The notes under the pieces were generated by a model. It did no database searches, had not been told where the DNA came from, and saw only the letters and a program-made list of their open reading frames with translations. Below, one piece after another: positions 23,701 to 37,084 of a DNA stretch of 64,000 bases. A program made the position numbers and the translations under genes. Position 1 is the first letter of the stretch. Every line of letters starts with the position of its first letter. Location: positions 558,001 through 622,000 of the forward strand of contig OZ004614.1 of NCBI GenBank assembly GCA_963924565.1, in the 5' to 3' direction. This DNA is from Ascidiella aspersa. Taxonomy: Eukaryota.

Positions 23701-26700
23701 AGATTTTTGCTTAGTTTTGAGTTGTGTGCTTAGTTTGTCTTATTTTAGAACTTATTAAGCCTCAAATACTGTTTACTATACAAGCTTGGTGTACCCTGGC
23801 CAAACGGAAGTTTCGCCAATTCAACCAAATAAACTATTTTTTTAGCTTTGCGCGATTAAGCTGCTTAAAGGTTCATTTGGCGCAGAGAACAACAAGTGTT
23901 TTTAATAATATAGTATTTGGATGCCTGCCCCCAACAAAATCCTGGATCCGCCCCAAGTTATCATAAGCGTGCTTATTTTTTGGTCTTAGCAGATGGTAAC
24001 CCTGGCTATAATCAATGATTTTTTTTATTGTTATTATCCACTTCATTTAAAGCAGAAATCCATTTGCGTCATCACTGTTTAATTACTTCACACTTTAACC
24101 GAAAATTGTTTTTTTTCCTGTGATTCCTAATTTTCATGAACCGACGTATATTGTTTCACTTTCTTATCAAAACACACAAGTTCCCTTTTTATTCGTAAAA
24201 AAACGAACTTCCGCCCACTGACACCTTTATGACGTCACAGATACGCGCACGTGCGTTCATTGATGGAGAAGATCCACTTCCCGCTGATTCCACCACGTGA
24301 CTTGTTGAGGTACGTGAACTTTGTCGAGTACATGAGACTTGAGTGCAACTACCTCCTGCTGGAAGCTTCCAACTACCACATGCTGCCGCACTCACAACCC
24401 ATACTACAGTCGTCAAGAACACAGGTACAACGTCAAGTGGCAAGTATCGGTACTCGTCCGATACTTAGTGATATCGATATTTGTCCGATACCAAATTAAT
24501 ATGTGAATATTTTACTTTCATTTGCAAACCAACGCAGGTTTGAACCTGGATAGTTAAGCCACAAAGTAAAACATTCACAAACGAAGGTAATTCACAAAAA
24601 TAGTTTAATGAAGATGCAGTTAAATACCACGTTTAAGATAAACCTTTGAAAGGTAATAAAAGAAACGGCCTGACATTTTGCTTCGTAGCTGGAAAGACGG
24701 CTATTTATTCTCGTTCTATTATTACAACAGCGCCACCTTGTGTGTTTAGGTTCGCTCCAACGACCGCCGCATGGTGGTGATAGGGGGCGTGGACCCTCAC
24801 GACCGCGTCTCCAACCAACTCTTCGCCATTAACAGCGACATGTCAAAGTCCGAGTTCCTTCCACCGATGCATGAAGGACTTTGCAGGTGAATTGCACAGA
24901 ATTGAATGTCCCTTAGAAACGGTTCTTGTTAAAATTCACTGATTTTGGAGATCAAACGTTGCCAAGTTCATCAAATAATAAACTCGAATAATCCGATAAT
25001 AATTTCAAGTTTGATTAGAACTGTAATATTGTGCCTATATTGATGTCGTCTCCACAAGTAAACAATCTCGATTAAATGCTGATATTTAAATCCTGGACCC
25101 TATACAAGTTTGCTGTATAAAAAAAATCAAGTCATACGGAAGAAAAACAAAACGTTTAGTTTACAACATAGTCGCAAGTGTTGTTTTTTCGCAGCCACTG
25201 CGCATGCGTACTGAACAACTTCCTCTACGTGTTGGGGGGACAGAACATGTTCGATGAGAGGGGAACCACCGCTGTCAATACCGTCATCAGATACGACCCC
25301 AGGTAACCTTTAACCTTTCACCTACTTCTCATGATGTAGGCCAGAGGTTCTGCAACTTTTGCACAACCGTGCTTTATTAGGTTAAAGTATAAATTCTACT
25401 TTTTTCACTTTGACCTGATAAAGCACGGTTGTGTGAAAGCTTGTCAAGAATCAAATACAATTTGTCTTTATATAGTGCAACCTGATTACCCTATTTAGAA
25501 TTAGACAAATACGGCCATTTACAAAGATTAACATTAATATGGTATTATTGCGATGGTGACATTCGGTAGTTAGGTAATGCTGAATTAATCCTCTATGTTG
25601 AATTGAAGTTGTTGTATAACGAAAGTTGCGTTCAGGTTCAACATTTGGATGCGAATTGCTTCGATGAACGACAAGAGAGCTGGATTCACGACAAGTGTGG
25701 TTGACAACAGACTCTATGCTTTGGGTGAGTCGCTCTAGCAGTACTTTGTACTTTGCTGAAAGAAACCTGTTTGCGAATCCACAGTATAAGGAAAACTATA
25801 CATCTGAGGCTTTCGTAAGGCTATTGCTGAAATCAGTTGGTTTAATTAGGATTGTGGTGCAAGCAATACAAAGCCTTTTAGCTTTTTTTTCTGATTTAGG
25901 TCAACTGCTTTTTAATTAGTCTTTCTGGAGGCAACATATAATATATTTAGTAATCCAAACTATTCATTGAATGACTGATAGCACGGTATTAAGAGTAGTT
26001 ATCAAGGTATATTACTGTGGTTGTGTAGAGAGTTTGCCACGGATTTTTTTATCTATTTTATTGTACCGAAAGCTAAAAAAAACACCATTAGCGTAAATGT
26101 AGGAAATCGATAAAAACACAATGTAAAGCAATTTATTCGGTCATAAAAGTTGCACCGTTGGTGGAGGCGGTACTCGAACCAACAACCTTAGGAATTTGGT
26201 GGTTCGTGTGCAAGACAACGAATAAACGAGAAACAACATATTAATTATAATTGGAATATCAAAGCCCATACAGAAGTAGTATCGTTTTGAGCATTTCGAA
26301 TAACTCTTTGTTTCCTTCTTTCAAACGTCTGCCTCAGCTGTATATATACATTTACAATCAGTGCCTTCTCTTTAGATTGAAAATGTATAAAGAGTTATTC
26401 GAAACGTTCAAAATGTTACCTACTTCTGTATGGGCTTTGATATTTTTATTACGTCTTACTGCAACCTCCAACCATTTATTTATAATATTATCAAATAATT
26501 CTTCAGGAGGATTTTAATAGCACAACAAAAACGCTAAAAATAAGGTTTCATATAGAACTTTGGCATTTGGTTAAAGCAGCAAGGTCCAATCCTTCACTCG
26601 GTCCTAACCCCTTTGTGCTTCCAGGTGGCGTTAACGCGGCTGGCCGGATGTCTTCGATGGAGTGTTACTCACTGGAGGACGACAGGTGGAGGTATGTTGC

Positions 26701-29700
26701 TTCGGTGCAGACAGGATTGTGCGATCACGCGCAATCAGTTCATGGAAACCTCATCTACATCAGCGGCGGATTTAAAGAAGGAAGGTTCACTAACCAACTG
26801 CTCGCCTACAGCCCAAGGTACGTGCTATGCCGGCGTGTCGGTTTAATAAAAGTAAAACGCTGTAGAAAGACTAGTTTATTTGCATATTGACGAGTATTTC
26901 CATTGCCCTTTTTCGTGTATTTTAGAACTTTTTTTTAATATGAATTGACTACAGTTATTATCCCAAATGACTTTAACTTTTAGGTATTTTTTCATGCAAG
27001 ATATTTTACGTTTAACTCCACTCGTAATTAAAATGTTCTGCATCTGAATTTAAGTTGAGTTAATTCGCAAATAGGTTAACTTAGACTTAAGTTATTCGTC
27101 ATTTCACTTGGACTTAAGTTATTTCGCAAAGATCCTGACTTTGAACGAGGTTATTTTGTAAACCACCATAAACTTGAACTTAAGTTACGACTTAAATTGC
27201 AAAAAATTACCCAAACTAAAGTTATTTCAAAGTGACTTGTTATTATTCCACAAGATTATTTGTTCCAGACACGATACTTGGCACGAAAGGAGCCCGATGC
27301 ACTTCGCCAGAGGTTGGCACGCAATGGTTCCATTCGGTGACAGCATCTTCGTGGCCGGAGGGAACGCTGGGCTCAACAAGAGGGTTGACATACACGGTAC
27401 ACACTCCACTGGTTTACAAGATTATACAAGATGCCTATTTATTTGTATATTTTTTCGTATAGCAGAACTGTTGTCGATTTTTTGGTTTTCGTCAGATAGT
27501 AAGCCCATTGATTTTTAATTGTCTACAAAGTTTAACCAAGAATTTAACTCTAATCCTTGGCTAACTTTTTCTCTAAAATTACCCAAAGTTTAGCATAACT
27601 GGATTGTAACAAGGTAAAACTGAAGAGGTCGCAGAAATGCAACACAAGGTTTGTCGTTTTGCAGCAATTTGAATTGAAATTGTTCTTTACTTTTCAGAAA
27701 CTGAGATCTACAACGCGATGACCGACCAGTGGACACTAGTGGCGCCCTTGCCCCTCCCCCATAGTGAGGGAGGATGCGAGTATTACGACGGGAAACTGTT
27801 TGTGGTGAGGTTTCGACTCTGGAGTGGTTTTATGCTTCATTTACTGTCAATATTTTACCTTTCCTTTAGTGCTTGGTTGAGCAGTTTAATCAGTGACTCA
27901 CAGAATAAGTAGAGGTGTACGATAAAACCAAAACTAATTTGTACAGCTTTTTTAGTCTTGGTTATGGTACGCAGTGCTAGAAATTAGTTTGGCGAGAAAA
28001 TAATAAGTTTTTAATCAAAGTAATACACGATTTCAAACACCTCCAACTCAAAAACTATGGCCAATATTATCTCAATATACGACGGTGCAAATGTTTTTCA
28101 CATATAATAGAAACGTTTTTCTAAAAACTTAGACGCGTTGACATTATTCAAAAATTATAACCATTTTTTATATCTGAAGACATTTGTGTGATTTTTAACC
28201 TTATGTTCTTTTAGGTTGGAGGTTACAGTTGGTCTCAACAGAAGTGTCTTGGAACAATTCAATGCTACGACCCATCCAAGGATAGCTGGGATAGCCCAGG
28301 TAAAAGTTCCTCTGCGGCATTCATATTTTGATTAACTTTTAAATTAACTTATAATGGCTGGAGGTTGAAGTTAGACGTAGTAAGAATATCAAATCCCACA
28401 CAGAAGTAGGTAGAAACATTTTGTTAAAAATATTAAAGTTATTCGAAACGTTCAAAATGCTACCTACTTCTGTATGATCTTTGATATTCTCACTACCTTC
28501 ATCCATTATGTTAAGATATATTCGAAACCTTAACAAAATGATTCCTACTTTTACTTTTATACGGTCGAACTGGCCAACAACCACAGCACTGTTTCCTTCT
28601 GGATCAGCATTTCAAACGCTTTATTATTCAAAGCCCTTTTTATTTTACCAGGCAACCTTCCCATTGAACTTTCCGGAGTGCGACTTGCAAACCTCACAAT
28701 CCCATACTCAGTCTCTCCTCGAAGCGGATTGGCTGCTGGAAGTCACGTGCCACTCTCCTGGCCGCCAAGACAAGCTCCTGGACGCTTGGTGGAGCAGGTG
28801 AGCTGAAATAATTAAGAAATGGGCAACTTTAGAATGCAGTTGTTTTAAGCGTCTGATTTAACACTTTAAAATAATGACTTATCGTTCGAGGCTGGGTATG
28901 TTTAATATGAGTAGCCTCCCACAACTGAAAGACGTTAACCTTGGTAGTACAAGATACCTCTTACAAAACAGTTTTATTCCTAAGATCTTAGCTTTCCCCC
29001 ACAAAAAAAATATGTGACATTCAAGGTTAAAAATATTATTTTAATTTAATGTTGAAACTATGGAAGCCCTGTCTGTTTTTCCTTACGGGGAAGATTACAC
29101 AGTTGGTAAACAATAAAAATATGGATTTAGAAAGTTTATTAAGATCTATAGAAATGTGCCACATTGACTGAAGTTTAGCTTATTGTTAATCTGGTAATTT
29201 AAATTTTACTTTATTTTATTTTTTATTTTCTTCAGGACCCCCGTATGATTTCGGGTAATTCCCTATACAACGGCAGCACCCCATCTCAGGTTATTCCCCC
29301 TTATTTGGACCCCTTCGCCATGGGTGACATAAGGGACATGATGAGTGACTACTCGCAACCCAGCAAGTGAGTGCAAGTGTTGGTTAACGAGTACACAGGC
29401 TCGGTGCGAGTATTAGGGATATGATGAGCGCAAGTGAGTGCATATTTTTCCCCAATAGGTCGTAGCTAAACGTCTCTGGCGTAACTCAATAGTTTTCAGC
29501 AATTGAAAAGATCCGAAATTGCTAAATAGCTGAAGCATTGATGTACACAATGTGTTTTCTGTGATCAAGCCCTTCTGGAGTCGTACTGGCCAACGTAACT
29601 AATTTGTAATGACGTAACAATGATCTGTTCCAGGTTCGCCCCTCCACTCGCGGTCGGAAGGTCGGAGTCTGGTCGCTATAGCAACCCCCGTGAGTTCAGG

Positions 29701-31302
29701 ACTCCGGTTGTTCGTGACCTTCCGGTGGATTCAGGGAAGGAGTACAGACTGGAAAGCCAGGAGGGGAGCATTTACAGGTGAAATATGTTAGTAGGGCTGT
29801 CAATCATAAAGGATGTCTATTTATCGAGGTGGCTTTGTAAATTATGTAGATGTCGATCTATGAGATCATTCTACGAATTAGGAAGCTAAATAACTATGTT
29901 AGTAGGAGTACACATAATAGAACAAGTTAAAATAATTTCTTACAATATGGCAGCATCGACTTGTGAGTCGAGCGGGCCAATATACATCAGTGAGATCTCT
30001 TTTATTTATGTCAGGCACAAATTAATGAATTTGAAAGGATAACAACCTCCCTTCAGTAGTTTGCCATTACACTCGTTTATTCAAGCTCGCCCGCAAAACA
30101 AGACAAATCGTAAACGCATTTTATACGTCACAGTCTAACTAATAGCGTCACACGTTGGTGACGTCGCGTTATGCCCACAAGTTAACGACGTAAATAATAT
30201 AATTAATATATTTGATAAGGAAATCGGTTCACATAGTCAGGTGTGATGAATTAAGTATTTGTGCAAATACAAATCCAACTAACAACGTCATTCTTTGAAC
30301 AATGACGTCATGCCAATAAGAACGGCGTCACACCAGCAAGAATGACGTTACGCCCGAAGTTGTCCGGACAACGGCAAAGCGATATTTCTATTAACAATTA
30401 CAACTTCATATGCTTTAATGTTGACGTCATACACCTTATTAATAACGTCATAAACCGATGTGATGTAACGTCACAACCCCATTAATGACGTCCCACCCAA
30501 CTGATGAAGTCATAGACGTTTCTAATAAGAACTTGACAGCTTCCAGTATTGACGTCACGTACCTTATTACTAACGTCACAACCCTATAAATGACGTATCA
30601 ACCATAATAATGACGTCACACCTTATTAATGACGTCATACACGTTGACAGCCACCCTCGCAGCACGAGCATCGACGACTCGAGTTCGATCGCAAGCTCCA
30701 GGGACAAGGACACCGAGGTGGGATCTACTACGTCCAAGAGGAGCGGAGGAGCAAGGAGCAACCAGGAGGAGGAGTGGAAATCTACCTCAGCTGCGTCACG
30801 ATCGTCGAGGTAGGACTTTTAAGCCTGTTGTTTGCAAACCCGTTTAGTTTTTTCCTCTGATAGTATTAAGCCAAGGGGAGAGAATTTGTAATCAACGGGT
30901 AAACTTTACACTTCTTGGTCTATAGTAGTGTTGTAATATAAATTATCTTGACTCGAGTGCACCACTTGTTGCGTCAGGTCTTGTCCTTATCTGTGTTTTG
31001 TTTATTTTGAAATCATAATTTATCTTGATTATACAATGTTATCTACTGGATAGTATAATCATTGCCTTATGATAACTTCTTCTATTTGTGTTTGGTTTAA
31101 ATCATTTAACGTTTAGGTGTAGCTTTTATTTATATATAAACAGCTCATGCAGCTGTGTTAGGTGCGCCACATTGACATACACCTTGCATTTAGTGAGAGC
31201 GATGATGAACGAGAGAATGGGTCAATAATAGAGAGCAAAGCAAAGTCATTGGACGGAGAGAAGCAAGCTGAAGATGGTGAAGAGATTCGAGCTTACCACT
31301 GA
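20773..31302 (+). CDS. Kelch-like BTB-BACK-Kelch protein (KLHL9/KLHL13-like CUL3 adaptor) with an extended C-terminal tail
   Basis: Exons include 20773-20847, 21301-21495 (BTB: CDVTLVAQEQPFHAHKNVLASCSPY), ~22243-22395, ~22604-22749, ~23016-23128, ~24241-24424 (BACK: IHFPLI), six Kelch repeats across ~24751-28797 (NFLYVLGGQ..VIRYDPRFNIW; LYALGG; IYISGG; IFVAGG; LFVVGGYSW), then ~29237-29367, ~29634-29777, 30651-30809 and 31194-31302 (TGA). Confidence 0.9.
21885..21970. repeat. 23-bp tandem repeat GCATAGTGATGACGTCATACTAG
   Basis: Three to four adjacent copies. Confidence 0.85.
30110..30640. repeat. Degenerate TGACGTCA/ACGTCA-rich tandem region
   Basis: Many ACGTCAY motifs at ~20-nt spacing just upstream of the exon at 30651. 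Confidence 0.7.
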
Positions 31303-34300
31303 AGACACCGGGTCAAATGAATAACATTTACTTCGCTTGTGAGCTTCTGTCGCGTTAATTTTTTTTTTGGCTCTCAATATAGTTTTGCTAATTTTTTTCA
31401 ACTTTTTTAGCTCTTAATATTTTGTTGTTGATTTTTTGTTCTTAATATTTTTTTGGTAATTTTCAAAAAAAAACTTTTGGCTCTCAATATTTTTTTTAAT
31501 GTTTTGGGCTCTCTTGTTAAAGACGATCATTACGAGAACATTTTCGTTTGCCTACATTTTTTTAGTTCGCCTCGCAAAGGCATCTGTTGGATATAAACCG
31601 CAGGTAATTCTTGGGAATTGTTTTTCTATTACCGTCCCATCCTCTTTTGTTTTCCTTGTATGCGCAATGTTTTCATTATTGCTATTATTTTAAAAATCAG
31701 ATTGATTATTATCTGAGGTTATGTTTAAAATGCTCTGGCTGTGGTATAATTTGAATAATGAATTTATGACACAAACAAATTTACAATTGTATTTATATTT
31801 ATGCCTTTGCCGTTAAAGTTTTTTGTATGTGTTTTAACCAGAACATTTAATTACCGGTCCCGATATTTTTTATTCTTTAGATGTTTTTAAACAGTTTTGC
31901 CTAATTCGTTATTCAAAAGATGTGCTGTAACTTCATTTTGAGTCATTTTCCAACACATTTTAACGCACTTAACTCACTTTTATCCGAACATATCTTGTGC
32001 CTTTGTGAATACTGAACTCTTGTATTTTCTGTTGTTCAATAAAACATTAACTTTACCAAATGTCTGGCTTAACACGTTGACTGAAACATTAAGAAATATT
32101 TGTCAGTTAAACCAATCGTAGATTTGTTGTTCTAAAGCTAATTCTAAGTTGAATTTAAATTAAATATTCACCAACAATCTAAACGTGATTACAACATTTT
32201 TTTAGATAATTTACGGCATTTAATTTTTTTAAAGCAGAGAAAATAAATGCAGGACTATTTATCCAGTCAGTAGTTGTTGTGGAATACCTTCCAGTGAATA
32301 GAAATGAAAAATTTAAACTTAATCAGAATTTTCTTTCGAATAAAAGATTCTGTCTGAATCCGAATGATTAAAAACAAACGATTCTGGTTGCACATCACTG
32401 ATAGAGATTGAACTAAGTAGAGAACTTACTAAACCAAAAAAACATTTTTTTAGGATGTTTTACAATAAATACAGCCTATTTTACTTCTATGAGAAAACGA
32501 TCAGTATCTATAAAAGCACAACATAGACGGCAGTTTAAATAGAGACTCAAACCAGCTGTTCTTGGCAAGTTGTGCACGACTTGAACCTAATTATGTTTTA
32601 TTATGAGGCTAGCTTTTGCTGGATATACTTAACAAATGTTGGTAGACAGCTAACCTATCTATCTGGAATTTTAAACGCTGATTACGATATAGGCACGAAA
32701 ATGTAAAAATAGAAAAAAGTAAATATCTTTTTGTTTGCATTTTGAAGGAATATTTAAAATTTGATTTCCAGTAGCATTATATTATATTGCAGAAAATAAT
32801 AGTAAAAATACGGTTATTTAGCCCAGGTCTATGTATCAATGGTTTCAATTAAACAAACATGTTTATTTCACATAAAAAAATCAATACGTTTAAGCGTAAG
32901 CATTGACTTCACAATGTTAAAAAAAACTTATGTTATTGTGGGACGGATTGAAAATCAAGTCAAACGATCGTGATTACAACCTTGTAGTGAGTCGCTAATT
33001 AAGCAGATCAATTTGCCAAAGCTTGTAATCTCGGAGAAATCAGTTCGTAACAACTCCACCAAGGCAGTATAATTAAGCCAGTGCGTGATCGTATTGTGTA
33101 TTGCGACAACTTACAATTAAGATGAAAGCCTCATACATTACGTATATGGAAGCCACGCCTAACTTGAATTACAGTACGGAAAATTAATCAGAATACGCTG
33201 ACCGCATGCAACCATCAAGCATCGATGACCCAAAACAATGACTTTAAATGTGGGGCCAGCAAAGCAAAACAAGATTTTTGTCTAAAAACAACGAATCCAA
33301 AAATAGATGAATCAATGAATTATCAGCAAAATGTGCTACAACAGCATCAAATTTATAAACAGGAGTGACGTTTTATTTAAATAAATTTGCTTTGTTTTTT
33401 AGTTTATATAGTCGATTTTCTGGTTGATAGCTAGTGATATCATATCTGGCATATTTTTAACAGTTTTCTCATTGGTATAACTTGATTTAAAACGTTGAAG
33501 TCTAAATAATTGTTGTTCCTCTGTTTAAAACTGGGTCTACCTGGCATTTCTAGCGAATAATTCAAAGTATTTAAACCGGCATATGCGCTTTCAATCTGTG
33601 CAAGTATAGGCGGAAATAACATCGGCGTATTCAATAGGTCTTCCGACTTGTATTGTAAAATTACGCCTGAGAAAAACAATTTTATGCAAATAAAACCACA
33701 AAATACACCAAACCATCGTATTACTGTTGACTAAAGCCATCTTTTAATTTGCATTTCGCCGATGCAAAGATTTAGAAGAGATGCAATGGCTACAAATCCT
33801 GTTTTAAGATCGTTAGGTTGTGAATATTTTAATACAAGAAGTATTAAAAACAAATGCTCCACAATAAACGCTTGTAAGTTTTAGCAGATGTCAGTCATCT
33901 ACTTCCAATATTACCGCTATTTTAAATATATTATGGACCCGAGTAGAAGTGTCTGATAATATCGGCACTCGTCCGATACTTGCTATCGGTGCCGATTTGA
34001 TACCAAGGCAGTATTGGAATATCAGTCATGATTTGCAGTATAATGTAGTGATTCTACCTTACAGCGAAAATTTACCAAAAATAACCCACAATAGTAGGTT
34101 TAAAAACTAGAGTTAACTTAATTAATGAGACAAATTTTAGCCTAATATTCAAAAATACCTTAAAACGCTTCGATTTCGTCTAGTTTGCTTATTTAATGTA
34201 CAAGTTGAAAGTTTAGGGTCTAGATTATTATATCAAAGGGTAAAAATTAAATCACCGGCAAAATAAATGATACGACTTGAGTTGCAAATTTGCACAAAAC

Positions 34301-34689
34301 CAAATAACATATAACTTTTATATCTGTATAACTTGACTCTATAGCCCGGAATATCATGCCAGACATCCACTTTTTAACTTTATCCGCTACATTCCAGTTA
34401 CGTCTACTGGCAATTAAACTTCAAAGCTGCTTTAATTGCGCACAATAAACCCAAACTTCGCCAAACATTTACGCGTTTCGCGAAACCGAACCATTTAAAC
34501 ATAAACAACGAGAGACGACGTCATAATAGAGAAAACAACGTCATAATTACGAGCTTAATTCGCAGTTTAGCTACACAATTCCAATCACGACATTTTGGAT
34601 TCGCTTTTAATTGCTCACGATTGTGAATTATAAACCGACAATTAGGTCGTAATTTGGGATCAAGTTCAACCAGCACCTACAGCGCAAAG

Positions 34690-34697
34690 TATAAAAA
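34690..34697 (+). promoter_or_regulatory. TATA box of the secreted Ser/Lys-rich gene
   Basis: TATAAAAA 86 nt upstream of the ATG at 34776, with an initiator-like ATCACAC about 30 nt downstream. Confidence 0.6.
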
Positions 34698-34775
34698 GGC
34701 GGAACTGGGATGGAACAAATCACACTTTTCTTCCAGTTTCATCTGCAAAGGTTCAAGGTTTCTAAAAAAAACAAG

Positions 34776-37084
34776 ATGTCTCGACTCTCTATCGCCGCCC
34801 TCCTGGTAGTCTACTTTGTGGGGAATTCCCTTGCTTGGCCAGCAATTCGTAAGTAATTTAAAAATATTTTTGTTATAAAGGTTTATTTCTACTGCTGGTC
34901 TAGAATTCTACCACATTTACGTCCAGGGGTGTTTTGGCTAAGAATATTTGGCTTCGGGTGCGAGTTAGCGTCTGGGTTCAGCATTTCATGGGTTGTCTAA
35001 AGCCAAATGGCGCTATACATACTATATCATGTTTTCGTGTAACCTCATAATCTCTACAAAGCGCAGTTTTTTATTTATTTAATTAGATTAAACTATAAAT
35101 GCCGTTTAAACGAGTAATGCGAATCCTTACAAATCTTTAATTTAAAACTTGTGACGCACAAATATTCATCCCCCGTCCAAAAAACAAAATCCTGATACGC
35201 CCATGAAGCCAGCCTTGCTTTTATGCAGAGTTATTTACCACCTCCACCTGATGTAACTTTATGCTGACAATATATCGTGAGGGGGCAAATTGGGTCGGGT
35301 CGGATCTGAACTCGAGATCTTTGGAACTTGCACCGCAATTAATACCACAAGCGGTATATGATTTAAAGTTAGCATCTCCACTTTTTAACACAAGATTTCG
35401 TAAATGCTTACCGAAATCAGTATGTCTGATTAGGAATATAGTGCAAGGCCAGGCTAGAAAAACAACTAGCATGTGGTGAGGTTCGAACTCACGACCTCAA
35501 TCATACCGGGACCGTCGCTCTACCAACTGAGCTTCACAGGCTCAGAGGGGAGCAAGTCGAGAAACAACCATAGCACTGTTGTCTGCTGCATCCTGTTCGT
35601 AAAACTAGCCTGCAGTGAGGTCCGGGACCGTCGCTCTACCAATTGAGCTGACCACAGAATATACATTGTGTTTGAGTTGCACTATTTAAGTATAACTTTT
35701 AAACCAAGGTTTTGAATTGTGCTGTGTTTCAGGTTGTCAGTACGACGACTGGCAAGATTGGTCGGAATGTTTAAGAAGATACTGCGACTCATATGCGCCC
35801 CCTGGTGCCAAGTGCCAGCAGAACGTCCTCACTCCGACCCTAGGATCGCATTACTCGTGCGGCAACAGAGTCGACATTAGACGTAAGTCAACAGCAAACT
35901 GATATATGGACAATGAACGATAATATCGGACCAAAGCGTAAACCTGGTGATTGTAGCGGAACTCGCCCGATACCAAACGTATATAGGGATTTTAGCCATG
36001 GTTTGCGATAATAAGCAATTAACATTAACTAATGGTCATTCAAGTTCGTACCGAAACGCCTAATCAAGATAATGTCAATTACTCACTTTTTGGCCTTTCA
36101 ATTTATTATCAAGCTTCAATAAAGATGTGCATTGCGTACACACGCAATTAAAATCTATCAATAATATTTTCCAACTTCATCTTTTTTGCAAAAATTAACG
36201 TTAAATGTTCCAATTCCAGTTATTTTGCTTGTTTGAGCTTACTAATGACTTTTTTGGTATCAAAACGCGACACTTTTTGCCGAAAAATACTATCGGAATA
36301 TAATGTAGATATTTCCATCTAGGAGGTGCGATAATATCGAGTCTCACTTCCTAACCAGGCCGTAGCATCGGTACTCTGTAACGATCCGATAGCAAAGCGG
36401 CAAATGTAGGTTACGGCCATGGCTTCGGTTTAGATTCTATGACGTAACTTCAAAGGTTAAATTTTATTTAAAAATAGTAATGAATCACTTGAAGGTAAAA
36501 AAGCTTCCTATTTATGCTTCAAAACAAACTCTTACCCAAGCTTATTTTGAGTAGTCGGTCGGACTTTTTAGCCCAAAATACAGGGTTTACGAATAATAAA
36601 ATTGACTCTTTCAACAAATATATTCAGAATAAAGTCGGCTACTAATGTTTTAAAGGTTACGGTAATAGTGACCTGCCTTGTAGGTCCACACTTTGAATGT
36701 ACCAAGTAGATTGTTGCATTTAAGTTGTGATGTCGTTTTGCAGAATGTGAGGTCGAAGTACAATCACCGAAAAGTCCAGGCAAGGGAAGTTCTTCTGATG
36801 ACAGCAGCGACAGCTCGAGCAATTCTAACGGTGGCAGCTCCAGCAGTTCGAACAGCAAAACCTCAAAAGATTCTTCTTCTGATGATTCCAGCAAAAGCTC
36901 AAAGAGCAAGAGTTCAAAGAGCAAGAGTTCAAAGAGCAAAAGTTCAAAGAGCAAGAGTTCAAAGAGCAAGAGTTCAAAGAGCAAGAGTTCGAAGAGCAGC
37001 AAGAGTTCAAAGGGATCAAACAGTTCACAGAGCAGCAAAAGTGGAAGCAATTCACCACAGATTGGCAAGCATACATACCACTAA
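34776..37084 (+). CDS. Secreted 187-aa protein: signal peptide, TSP1-like module and Ser/Asp/Lys-rich tail
   Basis: Exons 34776-34848, 35733-35882 and 36744-37084 (both introns phase 1; 564 nt total). MSRLSIAALLVVYFVGNSLA signal; CQYDDWQDWSEC (WxxWSxC) with six Cys; tail GSSSDDSSDSSS..(KSKSS)6..HTYH*. Confidence 0.85.
35450..35600 (-). mobile_element. tRNA-derived SINE
   Basis: Minus strand AGCTCAGTTGGTAGAGCG (A box) and GTTCGAACCTCACCA (B box) at 35474-35540. Degraded copies at ~2790, ~9065, ~37540 and ~56857-56930, the last sharing the flank CAGGCTAGAAAAACAACTAG. Confidence 0.75.
36902..36991 (+). repeat. Coding 15-bp tandem repeat AAGAGCAAGAGTTCA x6 (KSKSS)
   Basis: Six near-perfect units. 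Confidence 0.95.

Noticed and set aside
33440-33679. 79-aa minus-strand ORF with a possible AG..GT-bounded exon (~33666-33541)
   Set aside because: No recognisable motif and no partner exons found.
35474-35540. Possible tRNA gene
   Set aside because: A and B boxes are present, but there is no clean acceptor or anticodon stem and many degraded copies share flanks, so it is a SINE.
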